From Octopus bimaculoides (Eukaryota), in assembly GCF_001194135.2 (NCBI RefSeq), contig NC_069002.1:34390860-34454859 (forward strand): 64,000 bases of DNA, given 5' to 3'. Below are positions 13,392-25,088 of the stretch, one piece after another. Position 1 is the stretch's first letter; every line of letters starts with the position of its first letter. The notes under the pieces are model-generated. The model searched no databases and was not told the DNA's origin. It was given only the letters and a program-made list of their open reading frames with translations. A program made the translations under genes and the position numbers.

Positions 13392-14088
13392 TATACCGAT
13401 GGAGATATTGAAACATACGAACCAACATACATACATGCATATATACACATACATACACATATATCCGTTTACAATATTGTATGGGAGTTCGTAAAATGTT
13501 TAAAAAAAGCTGTATAAAATATAGAATTTGCAGAACGACAGAGCAGCAAAAAACAATACACCTTCAAAAACAACAACCACCACCACAACAACAACAACAG
13601 TCACAACGTTAACAATAACATACATCAAATACACTTAAAGATGTAGAGGAAAGGACAAATATATCGATTATTTCTCTCATACGTTTCCATAAAAGATGAA
13701 TCCGGTGAAGGGCGTGGGTTGATTTCCATGTAAATGTTGCTGAATCCTCTCGAAGTGTATTCCACGAGAAAGGAACAACATAGCAGATTATTAGAACGTT
13801 GAGGTACCGAAAAGAAATATTTGAATTTCCAATGAAGGAATACTGCTCTTACAACAATGGCCATTTCATGATCTGTGATATGAAAGACGTTTCTATGATA
13901 ACCATTTCGTATTTGATTGTATTTCTCTCTAACAAACATCTGATTCTGTTCTCAAGCTTCTTAAAATGAGAAGCAACTTTTCACTCGATACGTATTTGCT
14001 GATGTACATATGTATGTATTTCTGTCTCAATTTTCGAGGAGATATGTGAATACACTCACTCACTCACTCACTCACGCACGCACACGCA

Positions 14089-14190
<102 letters not shown>

Positions 14191-14361
14191 CATGTATGTC
14201 TAAGTATATATACATTCATGTTTATGTGATTGTTGTATATAATTTCGGATATTCTATTAAATTTATATCTTTGTAATTTTGTATATACATCCTTCCGCTT
14301 ATATATTGTTATAATTAGTTATTTATGTATCCTTACATATTTATATATAAGTGTGTGTGTT

Positions 14362-14399
<38 letters not shown>

Positions 14400-14921
14400 T
14401 GTGTGTGCGTTTATATGCGTATGTCTAGATTAGTAGCTAGATATATAGATAGATCTAAGCAGGCATACATACACATACACACGTATTTCTATAAGTATAT
14501 ATGTGCAAGTGCTGGAATCGTGTACCTATAAGATTACCGTCTCTGTGTGTGTATGTGGATTTTTATATATTCAACAATAATTTCTCTGTATATTTCAAAA
14601 TCAGGTACGATAACTATTGGCTACTCAAAATTTGCCGAAGTTTTCAAGTGATAGCTCACGGCATTTTTCATTGTCCAACATAGACAAACACGCATTGTTA
14701 AGGAGATTCTTCTGTGTGTTTCCATTTATTATTATTTTGAAATTTTATCATCATCATCATCATCGTATTCATTGTTGACGTTATGATTATCAATATTATT
14801 ATTATTATTATTATTATTTTATTCTATTTCGACTCATTGTCTTGTTCCATACATAGTAAATGATTTCTGTATTATATGAATAGAATCTGACACGGGTTTC
14901 AGAAATCTCGCAAATACTTAC

Positions 14922-14991
14922 CTCTTTGTGCTGTCCCTGTTATCAATGGTAATGTTTCCTTAGTCCTGTACCTTTTATTTTCTCTCGCCAT
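14922..14991 (-). CDS. Probable first coding exon: MARENKRYRTKETLPLITGTAQR (phase-1 donor)
   Basis: ATG in strong context (ACAATGG, A at -3, G at +4), perfect donor GAG|GTAAGT at 14921, in-frame stop upstream. Contains ETLPLI, which fits the [DE]xxxL[LI] motif. Too short for the ORF track. Confidence 0.5.
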
Positions 14992-15432
14992 TGTCGGTTT
15001 ACTTAATGTATGTTTGTTTGTAGCTCTAAATTCGCTGATATAGTTGTTGCTTTGTCAAGTCCGTGCGTTTCCTTTCGTTTTAAGAAGTATGAACAACATC
15101 TATTCTGTATTTCTCTGCAATTTCCCCGTTGCTCATTATGATCATATTATTACACTCCCTCTTTAAAAATAGTCGTTGCATTTATTTTGTTCCAGTAAAA
15201 CTCTCTCTCTCTTTCTGAAATTTGCATATTCTCTCATAATTCCAAGTTAGATATTTCTACCAAATCTGTCTTCACAAAATTGTCCTCTTCAGTTCTAATC
15301 TTATTCGATTATATTCGTATATAGTGCTAAATACGCAGATGTAGATGTGACTGATATCTAGACAACTGTTAGGGTAACATCTCACATTTGGTCTATGTTT
15401 CAAGTAGTAAAGATTATATTTGTGTTGCGAAA

Positions 15433-15472
15433 GACTGATTCTGTCCCTGGTTCTAGTGAACGTGCGTTTATA
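15433..15472 (-). promoter_or_regulatory. Possible core promoter (TATAAA + Inr TCAGTC) for the minus-strand gene
   Basis: TATAAA at 15472-15467 and TCAGTC at 15438-15433. The TATA-to-+1 distance of 36 nt is longer than canonical, and several upstream ATGs lie in the implied UTR. Confidence 0.22.
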
Positions 15473-16056
15473 GTGAAGTATTTCCCACTCGCAATTAAGT
15501 TTTATAAAATTCACTATTAAGGCTATTTATAAAAGTGTTGTAATCAGCATACTCGGATAGTTCGTAATACTGTCAAATTCGTTATGTTTCAATTCCTTTA
15601 TTTTCTTCCCCTAAGAAAGAAATTATAAAACTCCCGTATTTCTAATTATTTTTCTCTTTTTTCCCCCCCGAGTTCACTTTCAATGAAAACCAAATCTGTC
15701 AATCGTACATCAGCGGGATTGCTTTACTTCTATTCCCAGTATTTCTTAAATAACTCATACAATATGTACTTATTACTGTATCACGTACCTGCCTTTCACA
15801 GTGATTAGGACGAATTTAAAATTGTGGCCAAAAGTTTGGGGCATAGGTCTAAAATTAAAATTTAGAATTTTATATTAAATACACAAAATTGTAATGGAAT
15901 CGAATTTTACTTGAGCATAACAATTTAAATTTATTTTTAAAATGTTTTAAACTTTTGTCCACGACTTCTTTTTATGGCTTATTAAACACACGAAGGTCTA
16001 GATTTACTACCCAACAAAATTTTGATCTGCTGTCTGTGCACAATGAGACGAAATAT

Positions 16057-16242
16057 ACATCATTTACATTTGACGGTTATTTGTCCTCATCTAGTTTGTT
16101 GTTAACACAACGTTTTGGCGGATATACCCTCCAGCCTTCATCAGGTGTCTTGAGGAAATTTCGAACCTGGGTTCTTATTCCTAAGGTATGTTTGGATGTT
16201 GTTGTTATTATTCAGGTCACTGCCTGGAATCGAACTCGAATC
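16057..16242 (-). mobile_element. SINE family D (hammerhead-bearing), head truncated just upstream of the B-box
   Basis: Reverse complement of the adjacent plus copy: GAGTTCGATTCCAGGCAGTGACCTG-(AAT)n-...-CTGATGAAGGCTGG... Confidence 0.9.
16104..16149 (-). ncRNA. Minimal type I hammerhead ribozyme motif, degenerate (GAAA changed to AAAA)
   Basis: GACAC CUGAUGA A GGCUG GAGGGUAUAU CCGCC AAAA CG UU GUGUU. Confidence 0.55.
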
Positions 16243-16257
16243 GTTTCAATTAAAAAG

Positions 16258-16524
16258 AGGTTAAGAGCGCAGGCTACTAACCCCAAGATTCCGAGTTCGA
16301 TTCCAGGCGGTGACCTGAATAATTATAATAATATTAATATCAACAACGGCGACATCGAAAAATACCATAGGAATGAGAACCCGAGTTGGAAATTTCCTCA
16401 AGACACCTGATGAAGGCTAGAGGGTATATCAGCCGAAACGTTGTTAACAACAAACAAGATGAGGGCAAATATCCGTCAATTGTAGATAATGTACACAATC
16501 CTTCATCTCTTAAATATAAAACTG
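16258..16524 (+). mobile_element. SINE family D (hammerhead-bearing), near full length
   Basis: GGTTAAGAGCG D-loop-like sequence, B-box GAGTTCGATTCC 16293-16304, (AAT)n linker, hammerhead-like tail. Confidence 0.9.
16402..16446 (+). ncRNA. Minimal type I hammerhead ribozyme motif, core intact but stems weakened
   Basis: GACAC CUGAUGA A GGCUA GAGGGUAUAU CAGCC GAAA CG UU GUU; one stem II mismatch and a 2-nt deletion in the 3' strand of stem I. Confidence 0.6.
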
Positions 16525-17830
16525 AGTAGAAATATATTTACAAAATTGCCCTAGTAATGTATGAAGGGAGTAATGTATGAATCGAGTTTTTTAGAAATCA
16601 TGCGCAGATGTTTAGTTGTAAATTATACAATTAATGATATAACTTATTCAATGAAACTCTATAAATAGGTACATATTTTTGTCGACATGTTGTGTGGTAT
16701 TTGAGTGCATGTTATAGAAATCGAGCAGCGACGGACAAGCGGGTGCTCTGTAACAATGTTAGTGAAAATGCTGTCAGACTTCTGTTATAGGGTGGGATAT
16801 AATAAAAAAAATAAAATGCTTACAGGCATTTGATTTTATATATCCATGTGCATTTCTGCTCGGGCAAACCTATTAACACAACATCTAACAGTTTTCTGCT
16901 TGGCTTTACACAGCGAATCTGCAATATCCAAATTTCGTGAGGAACATCGTTCCATCTTCTTACTATGAATACTTGCAACGTTTAAATTCATATGTATAAC
17001 ATATCTACGCCGCATTCAGACATACACATACATTCACACACACATTCACACATGTGTTTCCGCATTTACGTACATCACACGAACGCTCATGCTAAAACAA
17101 ATCGCCAATCTCCACCAAGCATACACACTACCCCCCTCCACACACACACGTACATATGCACTACCCGAACCATTTCACACACGCACGCACACACTAACCT
17201 GTACACAAAAAAACATGTAAAAACAAAATTCGCATATGCAAAAACAAAACATATGTACAGTCTTGCGCACTCACACTCCATCATACACGCTAACCAACCG
17301 CCATGTTCCTACATAAATACGTGCTACTATCGCTCTCACTCTCTCTTTCTTTCTCTATCTTCATTATATCTTTATCACTAGCCTTATTATCCTTTTCTCT
17401 CTCGCTTTCTCCCCACTTCCCTCTATTTTACCCTCTACTTTTCTCCCTGCTTATCTCCACTATCCTTTTCTCACTACTTACCTTCTGCACACATACATGC
17501 ATAATATCCACACACGCCTACACTTTCAAATAACAAACATATTTACTGGACACACACACATACACGCACGTTTGGTATTTTCTTAAGCACAAGATCTCAA
17601 TTGACCCCCCCACACACACACACACACACTTGTACACATACATGCACGCGCAGACACACGCGAACACACAGATACACTGGCACACACACACACTAATAAA
17701 CACAACATTGAATATCCTAACACTACATAATTGCACTTGCATCCAGTAACATATATACACTGCCATCTAAATTAGCATTTCTTACCATATGCACACGCAA
17801 ATCTCAACCCTTACACTCAAACGCATACAG

Positions 17831-17990
17831 GGGTGGGTATTTGTTAAGAATTTCACTTCCCAACCGTACAGCACGGGCCCCGATCTTACATTGTAGCAAC
17901 TTGGGCAAGTGTCTTTTACCATAGCCACGTGGTGACCAACATCTTCTGCGTGGATTTGATTGACGGAAACAGAAAGATTCTCGTCGCATA
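17831..17990 (+). mobile_element. SINE family C, 5' half (CORE-like CTTGGGCAAGTGTC)
   Basis: Matches other C copies. An inverted head fragment follows at 18035-18085 (CCATGTGGTTGGGAAG). Confidence 0.75.
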
Positions 17991-18200
17991 CATACGTACA
18001 TATATACATAGATACGTAAATTCATATATATGACCCATACCATGTGGTTGGGAAGTGAGATTCTAAACAAATAGCCAGACCTGTATGCACTTGCGTGTAT
18101 CGGTTGTGATTTGTGTGTGTGTATATTAAGAAATACTAATTTATTTGAGATGGCAGTGTATGCGCGTTACTGAATGCAAGTGCACACACATATATATACA

Positions 18201-18291
<91 letters not shown>

Positions 18292-20779
18292 TAAATAAGA
18301 CACGATTAAAGGGGGCGTCAGTTCATTAAGGACGCTTCTAACGAATTTTTTTAAATTTATTAAAGAAACTGTTTTCTTCAGATGAATACCTGAGATTTTA
18401 CAATCAAAGACATTTAAAATAATTAAAAATTCACTGCGACATACGTATTCAATAATTCTGCAACTGGTTCAGTTGCAGTTTCCGACGTAACTAGATGCCT
18501 CAAATTTCATTACTTTATGCAACGGAATTTAGTATATATATATATATATACGAATCTGACACATATCGGCATAGTGACATAGATGTATCTGCCTCAAATG
18601 TATAGCCACAAACTCCTTATGTCGCAACTTACAAGACGGTATTATATATGCACAAGCAACGTAATAGCAGTAATATAATGAAAGAAAAATAAAAAAAGAA
18701 AAGTCTGCTTATATCGTTGTTCCAGCTGCGTCACAGTAGAATGAAATTTTAGAAAAAGTGTATTTACTCGTTCGACTTGAATATATGGGAGCATGTATAT
18801 AAATCTAAATATCACAAGCAATGGACAGTCAAAAGAGAAAATATTCAAATAAGTAGCGTAAAGTTATATTTTGGGTATACACTGTAATGAATTTCTTTAT
18901 TAGAGAGGAAATTAAAATTTTAATAATAACCCTCACATCAAGCATGTAAACAATTTAAATGAAGACGCTTCTGTGATTGCTTGTTATAATCAGTATAATG
19001 TCCCCTGTACTTTTTTTGCCATGGTGCCTTCTGCTACCTGTTTCTAATGGAAATATCGACGTTAATGTATTCTTTTTATTTGTAATTCGTCTGCCAAAGA
19101 ACCGTCATAAAGACCTGATCTCTGCGCACTTCTGGAAATGATCTTAATGTAAAATGTTTAAATGGCAACTGAACATGCCAAGTTGTCTACGGATAATTGG
19201 TGCTCGCATGCTGTAAATTGTAATGAAGCTGTCTGTCCCAGGCAATTGAATTTCTTCCAGGATATTGGATCTTAATAGTGAAATGAAAAAAAAAATGTTG
19301 AAACGATTATTCATATTATTTAATAGACAGGGAAATGCTAGTAGTTAAGGCGATTGTCGTCCAAAATGGATTCGTTTGTAAATGGCGGTGTCAAAAGCAG
19401 AAAACACTCAGAATCATCGAGTAATATTCAAAGCTAAAACTACTGAAGTAGAGGAGGGGGAGGAGTAGGTGGATTTAGTACACTATCTGTTACACCGGCC
19501 TTAAACCAGTGGTGTCTTTGAGTTATATGTTTAGTGGCATTTAGGTGACCTAACATACTATTCATGTATGATTTCTCTCTATGGCATCTTGCAGCGAACC
19601 AAAGTATATCTAATCGTAGAAACACGGTCGACCGGAGAATACATAATGAAACTCCGGCTACTGAGACTCCACCAACGTTATGTAATTGTCGAGCTCCTTC
19701 TAGCAGTATATTCCTTATAACAGTGCCTCAGAAAGAATATAGTGTACAGGGGCAGAGTTACTACCGATAATAATATTTTCGCTACCATAGCGGTCACATG
19801 TTCACAATTTAAACGTAAATATTACAACCATACCCACTAGTTTAAGTACTTCAGTAAGCATAAATACACTTAATTGGCCGCGCTGGAAAGCAATAAAATG
19901 AGAAGTGTGCCATATGAAATATCATAGTCTGTCGTGTGATCTGTACTCCCATCTATAGAGGTCTGAGTGAAAATTATGATCAGGAAAAGAGCTAGAGATA
20001 TTATACGATAAAAAAAAAAAATGGTGTTTGTGTACATCACTAATATTTTAATTTTTGCTAATTCTAAATTGGTATTACTATATTCATATTTCATCTTTAG
20101 TTTCCTTTTATTTGTAATGTGTTTATTTTTTCTGTATTTTCATTCATTTCACCATTTATGATTTTTATTTTTTTATTTTTCATTTCATAATTTATAATTC
20201 ATACCTTATCTCTTTATACCTCGATACCAAACCCTTGCATCGTTATCTCAGATTTTCTACTTATCAGCTCGCCTCTTTCATGTTTTTCATTTCTCAGATT
20301 TACACTGTATCTATTTCCACTTATTTTTTTCTCGGAGCTATGTTTTTAGTTCCAGGTCTTTCAGAGTCTTGTACTCACATATAACGGAAGCAACACTCTG
20401 TACATTTTTCATTCCACCTCACTTATCATTAATTCACCTATCCCTTATGTGGATTGCTCTTTCCCTATAATGCGATTTTACAGCTTCAAATTTTCACTGT
20501 GTCCTACCGTATCCATACCTCTCTAATGCAAGGTTTTCTTAGATCTACCTCTATAATTAACTAAGCAATTACTTCATTATTCTCAATTCTTATTACCAAA
20601 GTCCTCTTTACAGTAATTTCTGTTATATTTATAATTAAGTACTGCTATTTACTTTCTACCTTTAATTTACTCTTTATTTATATTACTCTCCCTTAGCACT
20701 GTACCATTGATCTTAGACCTATTTCAATTTTAATTTCAATTCAAATTACTCACAGCTATGTTATTTTCATAAATCATGG

Positions 20780-20922
20780 ATGCCTGTTTAGCTACCGTTT
20801 ATCAGCTTCACTCACAAGGCACTGACCAATCCAGGCTTATACTAGGTTTTTGCACACGGGTCTATCAAATGGCACAGAACTTGAAACCACGTCGTTACAA
20901 ACTGAAATTCTCAAACCACAGT
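20780..20922 (-). mobile_element. SINE family C, diverged fragment
   Basis: CACTCACAAGGC...GAAACCACGT matches the C consensus by eye. Confidence 0.55.
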
Positions 20923-21045
20923 GACACCTGTGCATATTATGATAACGCCCGTTATAATGATTCATTGATTGATATTTAACGTGACAGTTGTCTTATGGCA
21001 ATGGTTTCGTACAATATCATTAACCGTTTTCGAAATATAAACGTG

Positions 21046-21185
21046 ACATCATTTACATTTGACGGCTATTTGTCCTCATCTTGTTTGTTGCTAACACAAC
21101 GTTTCGGCTGATATATCCTCCAGCCTTCATCTGGTGTCTTGGGGAAATTTCGAACCTGGGTTCTCATTCCTAAGGTATTTTTCGA

Positions 21186-21226
<41 letters not shown>

Positions 21227-21258
21227 TCACTGAATAATAATAATAACATCTAAAAATA
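21046..21258 (-). mobile_element. SINE family D copy (21046-21230) with a 5' fold-back (21231-21258)
   Basis: Same tail as the 16057-16524 copies; the head is replaced by an inverted copy of its own (AAT)n linker. Confidence 0.9.
21093..21138 (-). ncRNA. Minimal type I hammerhead ribozyme motif with a single core lesion (CUGAUGA changed to CAGAUGA)
   Basis: GACAC CAGAUGA A GGCUG GAGGAUAUAU CAGCC GAAA CG UU GUGUU; stems I and II intact. Confidence 0.6.
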
Positions 21259-21511
21259 TAAGTAACTATCTATATTAATATATATATTAATATATTCACG
21301 AAAAGATATATATGCATAAAGAGATAGTCAAATGTTCGCAAGTATATGAAACTCTTCACATCGTCAAAAGAATGTCATATAAGTTGCGAAGCATTCAGAA
21401 TATCATAAAATCCAGTCATTAAAGATTATTTCATTTCAGTATTTTATAACTAAAAGAATTTTAACAAAGAATATGTAGGTTTGGGAGTATGTGTGTGTGC
21501 ATGTGCGTGTA

Positions 21512-21547
<36 letters not shown>

Positions 21548-21900
21548 ATCGCACATACATATACACAAGCACACACAGCACAGACGTGCACACACACACA
21601 CACACACACACCAAAACACATGCATATGTTCATAATTACGTTCTTTATTCTTTGTGTGTCGAAGGCATGTGATAATCACATTTAAAGTTATATGATAAAA
21701 TGATTTTATTGAAAACGTGTTTACACATATACATACACGTATGGACACACACACACAGATACATTGATGTATGTACACCTCAAAGTATATATATATATAT
21801 ATATACGCGTGATTTTTCGTATCGATGTATTGTGTGCGTTATATACTTATATAACACTCACACACATGTCATACACATATATGTGCAGGTATGTGTGTGC

Positions 21901-21970
<70 letters not shown>

Positions 21971-22019
21971 ATATATATATATATATATATATACACAATA
22001 TATATATATATATATATAC

Positions 22020-22055
<36 letters not shown>

Positions 22056-22420
22056 ATATNNNNNNNNNNNNNNNNNNNNNNNNNNNNNNNNNNNNNNNNN
22101 NNNNNNNNNNNNNNNNNNNNNNNNNNNNNNNNNNNNNNNNNNNNNNNNNNNNNNNNNNNNNNNNNNNNNNNNNNNNNNNNNNNNNNNNNNNNNNNNNNNN
22201 NNNNNNNNNNNNNNNNNNNNNNNNNNNNNNNNNNNNNNNNNNNNNNNNNNNNNNNNNNNNNNNNNNNNNNNNNNNNNNNNNNNNNNNNNNNNNNNNNNNN
22301 NNNNNNNNNNNNNNNNNNNNNNNNNNNNNNNNNNNNNNNNNNNNNNNNNNNNNNNNNNNNNNNNNNNNNNNNNNNNNNNNNNNNNNNNNNNNNNNNNNNN
22401 NNNNNNNNNNNNNNNNNNNN

Positions 22421-22477
<57 letters not shown>

Positions 22478-22882
22478 GCATGTGTGTGTGTATGTGTGTG
22501 TATGTATATGTATATGGAAACCAATTTCCTAGTTCGTTAGTAGCAAGTAAGTAAGTGAACAGTTAGTTATACCTGAATCGAAAATAATGACGAATGACAT
22601 ATACTTATATATATATCATCATGATAGCATTTTCTTTGATATTTCACAACAGCTGATTTTCTGATTTCATTTCGTGTCAAAGAAACTTGTTTTTACACAT
22701 AAGGTTACTGGGCTAATCATTTCGTAAAATTTATTATTTTGTATAAAATTGTGCCTTTCCGAATTTCTGTCTACTATTTTACTCCCGTCTTTATTTCCTA
22801 CATTCTCTATCACCACCCACCTCACATTACCTTGTAGCATACGTATATAAGTAACGATGTATGTATGTTTGCATGTATGTGA

Positions 22883-22934
<52 letters not shown>

Positions 22935-22941
22935 CGTACAT

Positions 22942-22976
<35 letters not shown>

Positions 22977-23032
22977 GAGAGAGAGAGAGAAAGCAAGAGT
23001 GTATATATATTTATATATATATATATACATAC

Positions 23033-23067
<35 letters not shown>

Positions 23068-23751
23068 TAAATATATTTATATATATGTGTATATATGTAC
23101 GGAGTTACATATATATCTATATGTATAGACGTACATCCACGAGAACGAGTTTGCGTGCGTGTGTATATTTGTGTATGTACATATAAATGTGTGTGTGTGT
23201 ATTCATGTATAGAACATGAAAATATTTGAGATATACTGATAATATGAAATGAAATCTAAAGCAAGGACGAGAAGAGAATGCTTAGAGATGTATGATATTC
23301 GCAATCGAAGATAGCTGCTGCATCTACATATCAGTACAAACGACAACAACCGCCATCACTATTATGCTACTATGATTATCATTAACATTATTAACCTTAT
23401 CAACATATATGATCATACTTTTCTAAGCTGTCATCTTCATGAAGCTAAGAAAAAGGAAGTAAACAGTATTTCTCTCCTGAATATTCTTACAATCGTTTCA
23501 ATAGGAAAACTCTTTAAATGTTAAGTATGTCAATAGAGTGACACGGAAATTCTTTAAATTGATTTCGAAAGAATTTATCCGCAAGTGGAGTAGATTAATA
23601 TCGACGGTGAAATAGGTTTTTGCATGACATCTTTCCCCAATATGCTGCATTGAACCAACCCAAAACATTCATTTTCGAGTATTCTAATATGTAATATTAG
23701 AATCTAATATTACATATGTATATTATAACATATTCTGTATTATATAAAATA

Positions 23752-23800
<49 letters not shown>

Positions 23801-24036
23801 CGTGTGTGCGTACGTATGTGTGTTTCATAGGTATCTGTTTATGTGCGTGGGTGCCTATGCATATGTATGGTGAACGTTGTGAATGATAATGCAAAACTGC
23901 TCCCAAGAATTCCTTGTTAATCTAAATTTACCTACCTTTTTATCAAGAATTATAGAATTATCTTTGTAAGTTCACATCAATGAACAACTGCCTTCAAAAT
24001 TTGTAGGCATTATATAATTTTGAATAGACGACAATG

Positions 24037-24222
24037 TACAGGGTGTCCACAAAGTCTGGGTACACACATATATACATATACAGGGTGGACACTTTGTATA
24101 TGTATATATGAGTACCCAGCCTTTGTGGACACCCTGTATATGTATATATGTGTGTACCCAGACTTTGTGGATACCCTGTATATGTATATATGTGTGTACC
24201 CAGACTTTGTGGATACCCTATA
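24037..24222. repeat. 42-bp minisatellite in fold-back arrangement, built from a Tc1/mariner-like TIR
   Basis: One forward unit TACAGGGTGTCCACAAAGTCTGGGTACACACATATATACATA (24037-24078), a chimeric junction (24079-24098) and three reverse units (24099-24138, 24139-24180, 24181-24222). Confidence 0.9.
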
Positions 24223-24860
24223 TATTAGGTAGCAGAATAAAACGGGAGATTTAGTTAACAACCGATCCTAACCTTATAAATTATATAATTTTACACGTGG
24301 TTCATAAGCGCATGTAATGTTTTGTAGTAATAGCTATTCAGTCGCTTGCATAATAACCGTGAAACAGCAGACCTACATATGAAAACTAATTTTGTCCATT
24401 ACTAAAAACAAACGGTTTTATTTAGTAGAACTAAATGAGAACAGCTTGTAGATTTAATAGGCCATTCTATAAGTAGCAATTACGAAAATAATTTTATTAT
24501 ATTTATTTCATCTGTAAGATAAAGAACGGAAAATTGGGGATGGTTATAGGTGTAGCCAGTGAGTCTGAGGAGAAGAAGGAATTCTACACCTACACGACGG
24601 TTGATCAAAGAAAATTTAATGTTAGAGATGATAACAAGTTTAGAATTTAGTAATAGATAAAAAGGCTGGGCAGTAGGAATTGTTCACGTAAACACACAAG
24701 CCCGCACACCGATACACATATGCATCAATCATTTGTTTTTATTTAATCACACCTAAAGATACACGAATATATTCCTGCGACAACGTATACGCATCGACAC
24801 AGATAAGGAGTAACTGTAATTTGAAATAGTTGGGCTCATATATTACTTTTATCATTATTA

Positions 24861-25088
24861 TGTCGACGAGCTGACAAATTCGTTAGCACGCTGCATAAAA
24901 TGATTAGTGGCATTTCGTCTGTCTTTACGTTCTGAGTTCAAATACCGTCAATCATTACTCTACCTTTAATCCCTTTCGGCGTCTATAAATCAAATACCAG
25001 TTGTCTACAGATGTCGACGTGATCGACTAGTCACCTCTCCTAAATTTCAGACCTTATGCCATTAGTAAGTAGAAAGCATTATTATTAT
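24861..25088 (+). mobile_element. SINE family B, diverged
   Basis: GTTAGCACGC...TTACGTTCTGAGTTCAAAT plus the family core. Confidence 0.8.

Noticed and set aside
13625-13939. 104-aa minus-strand ORF as a whole
   Set aside because: All three minus frames are partly open and none is recognisable; only the 20-nt microexon is kept as a candidate.
24037-24222. CRISPR-like appearance of the 42-bp array (also 9860-10192 and 26830-26909)
   Set aside because: No unique spacers, mixed orientation in the 42-bp array, eukaryotic context and no cas genes.
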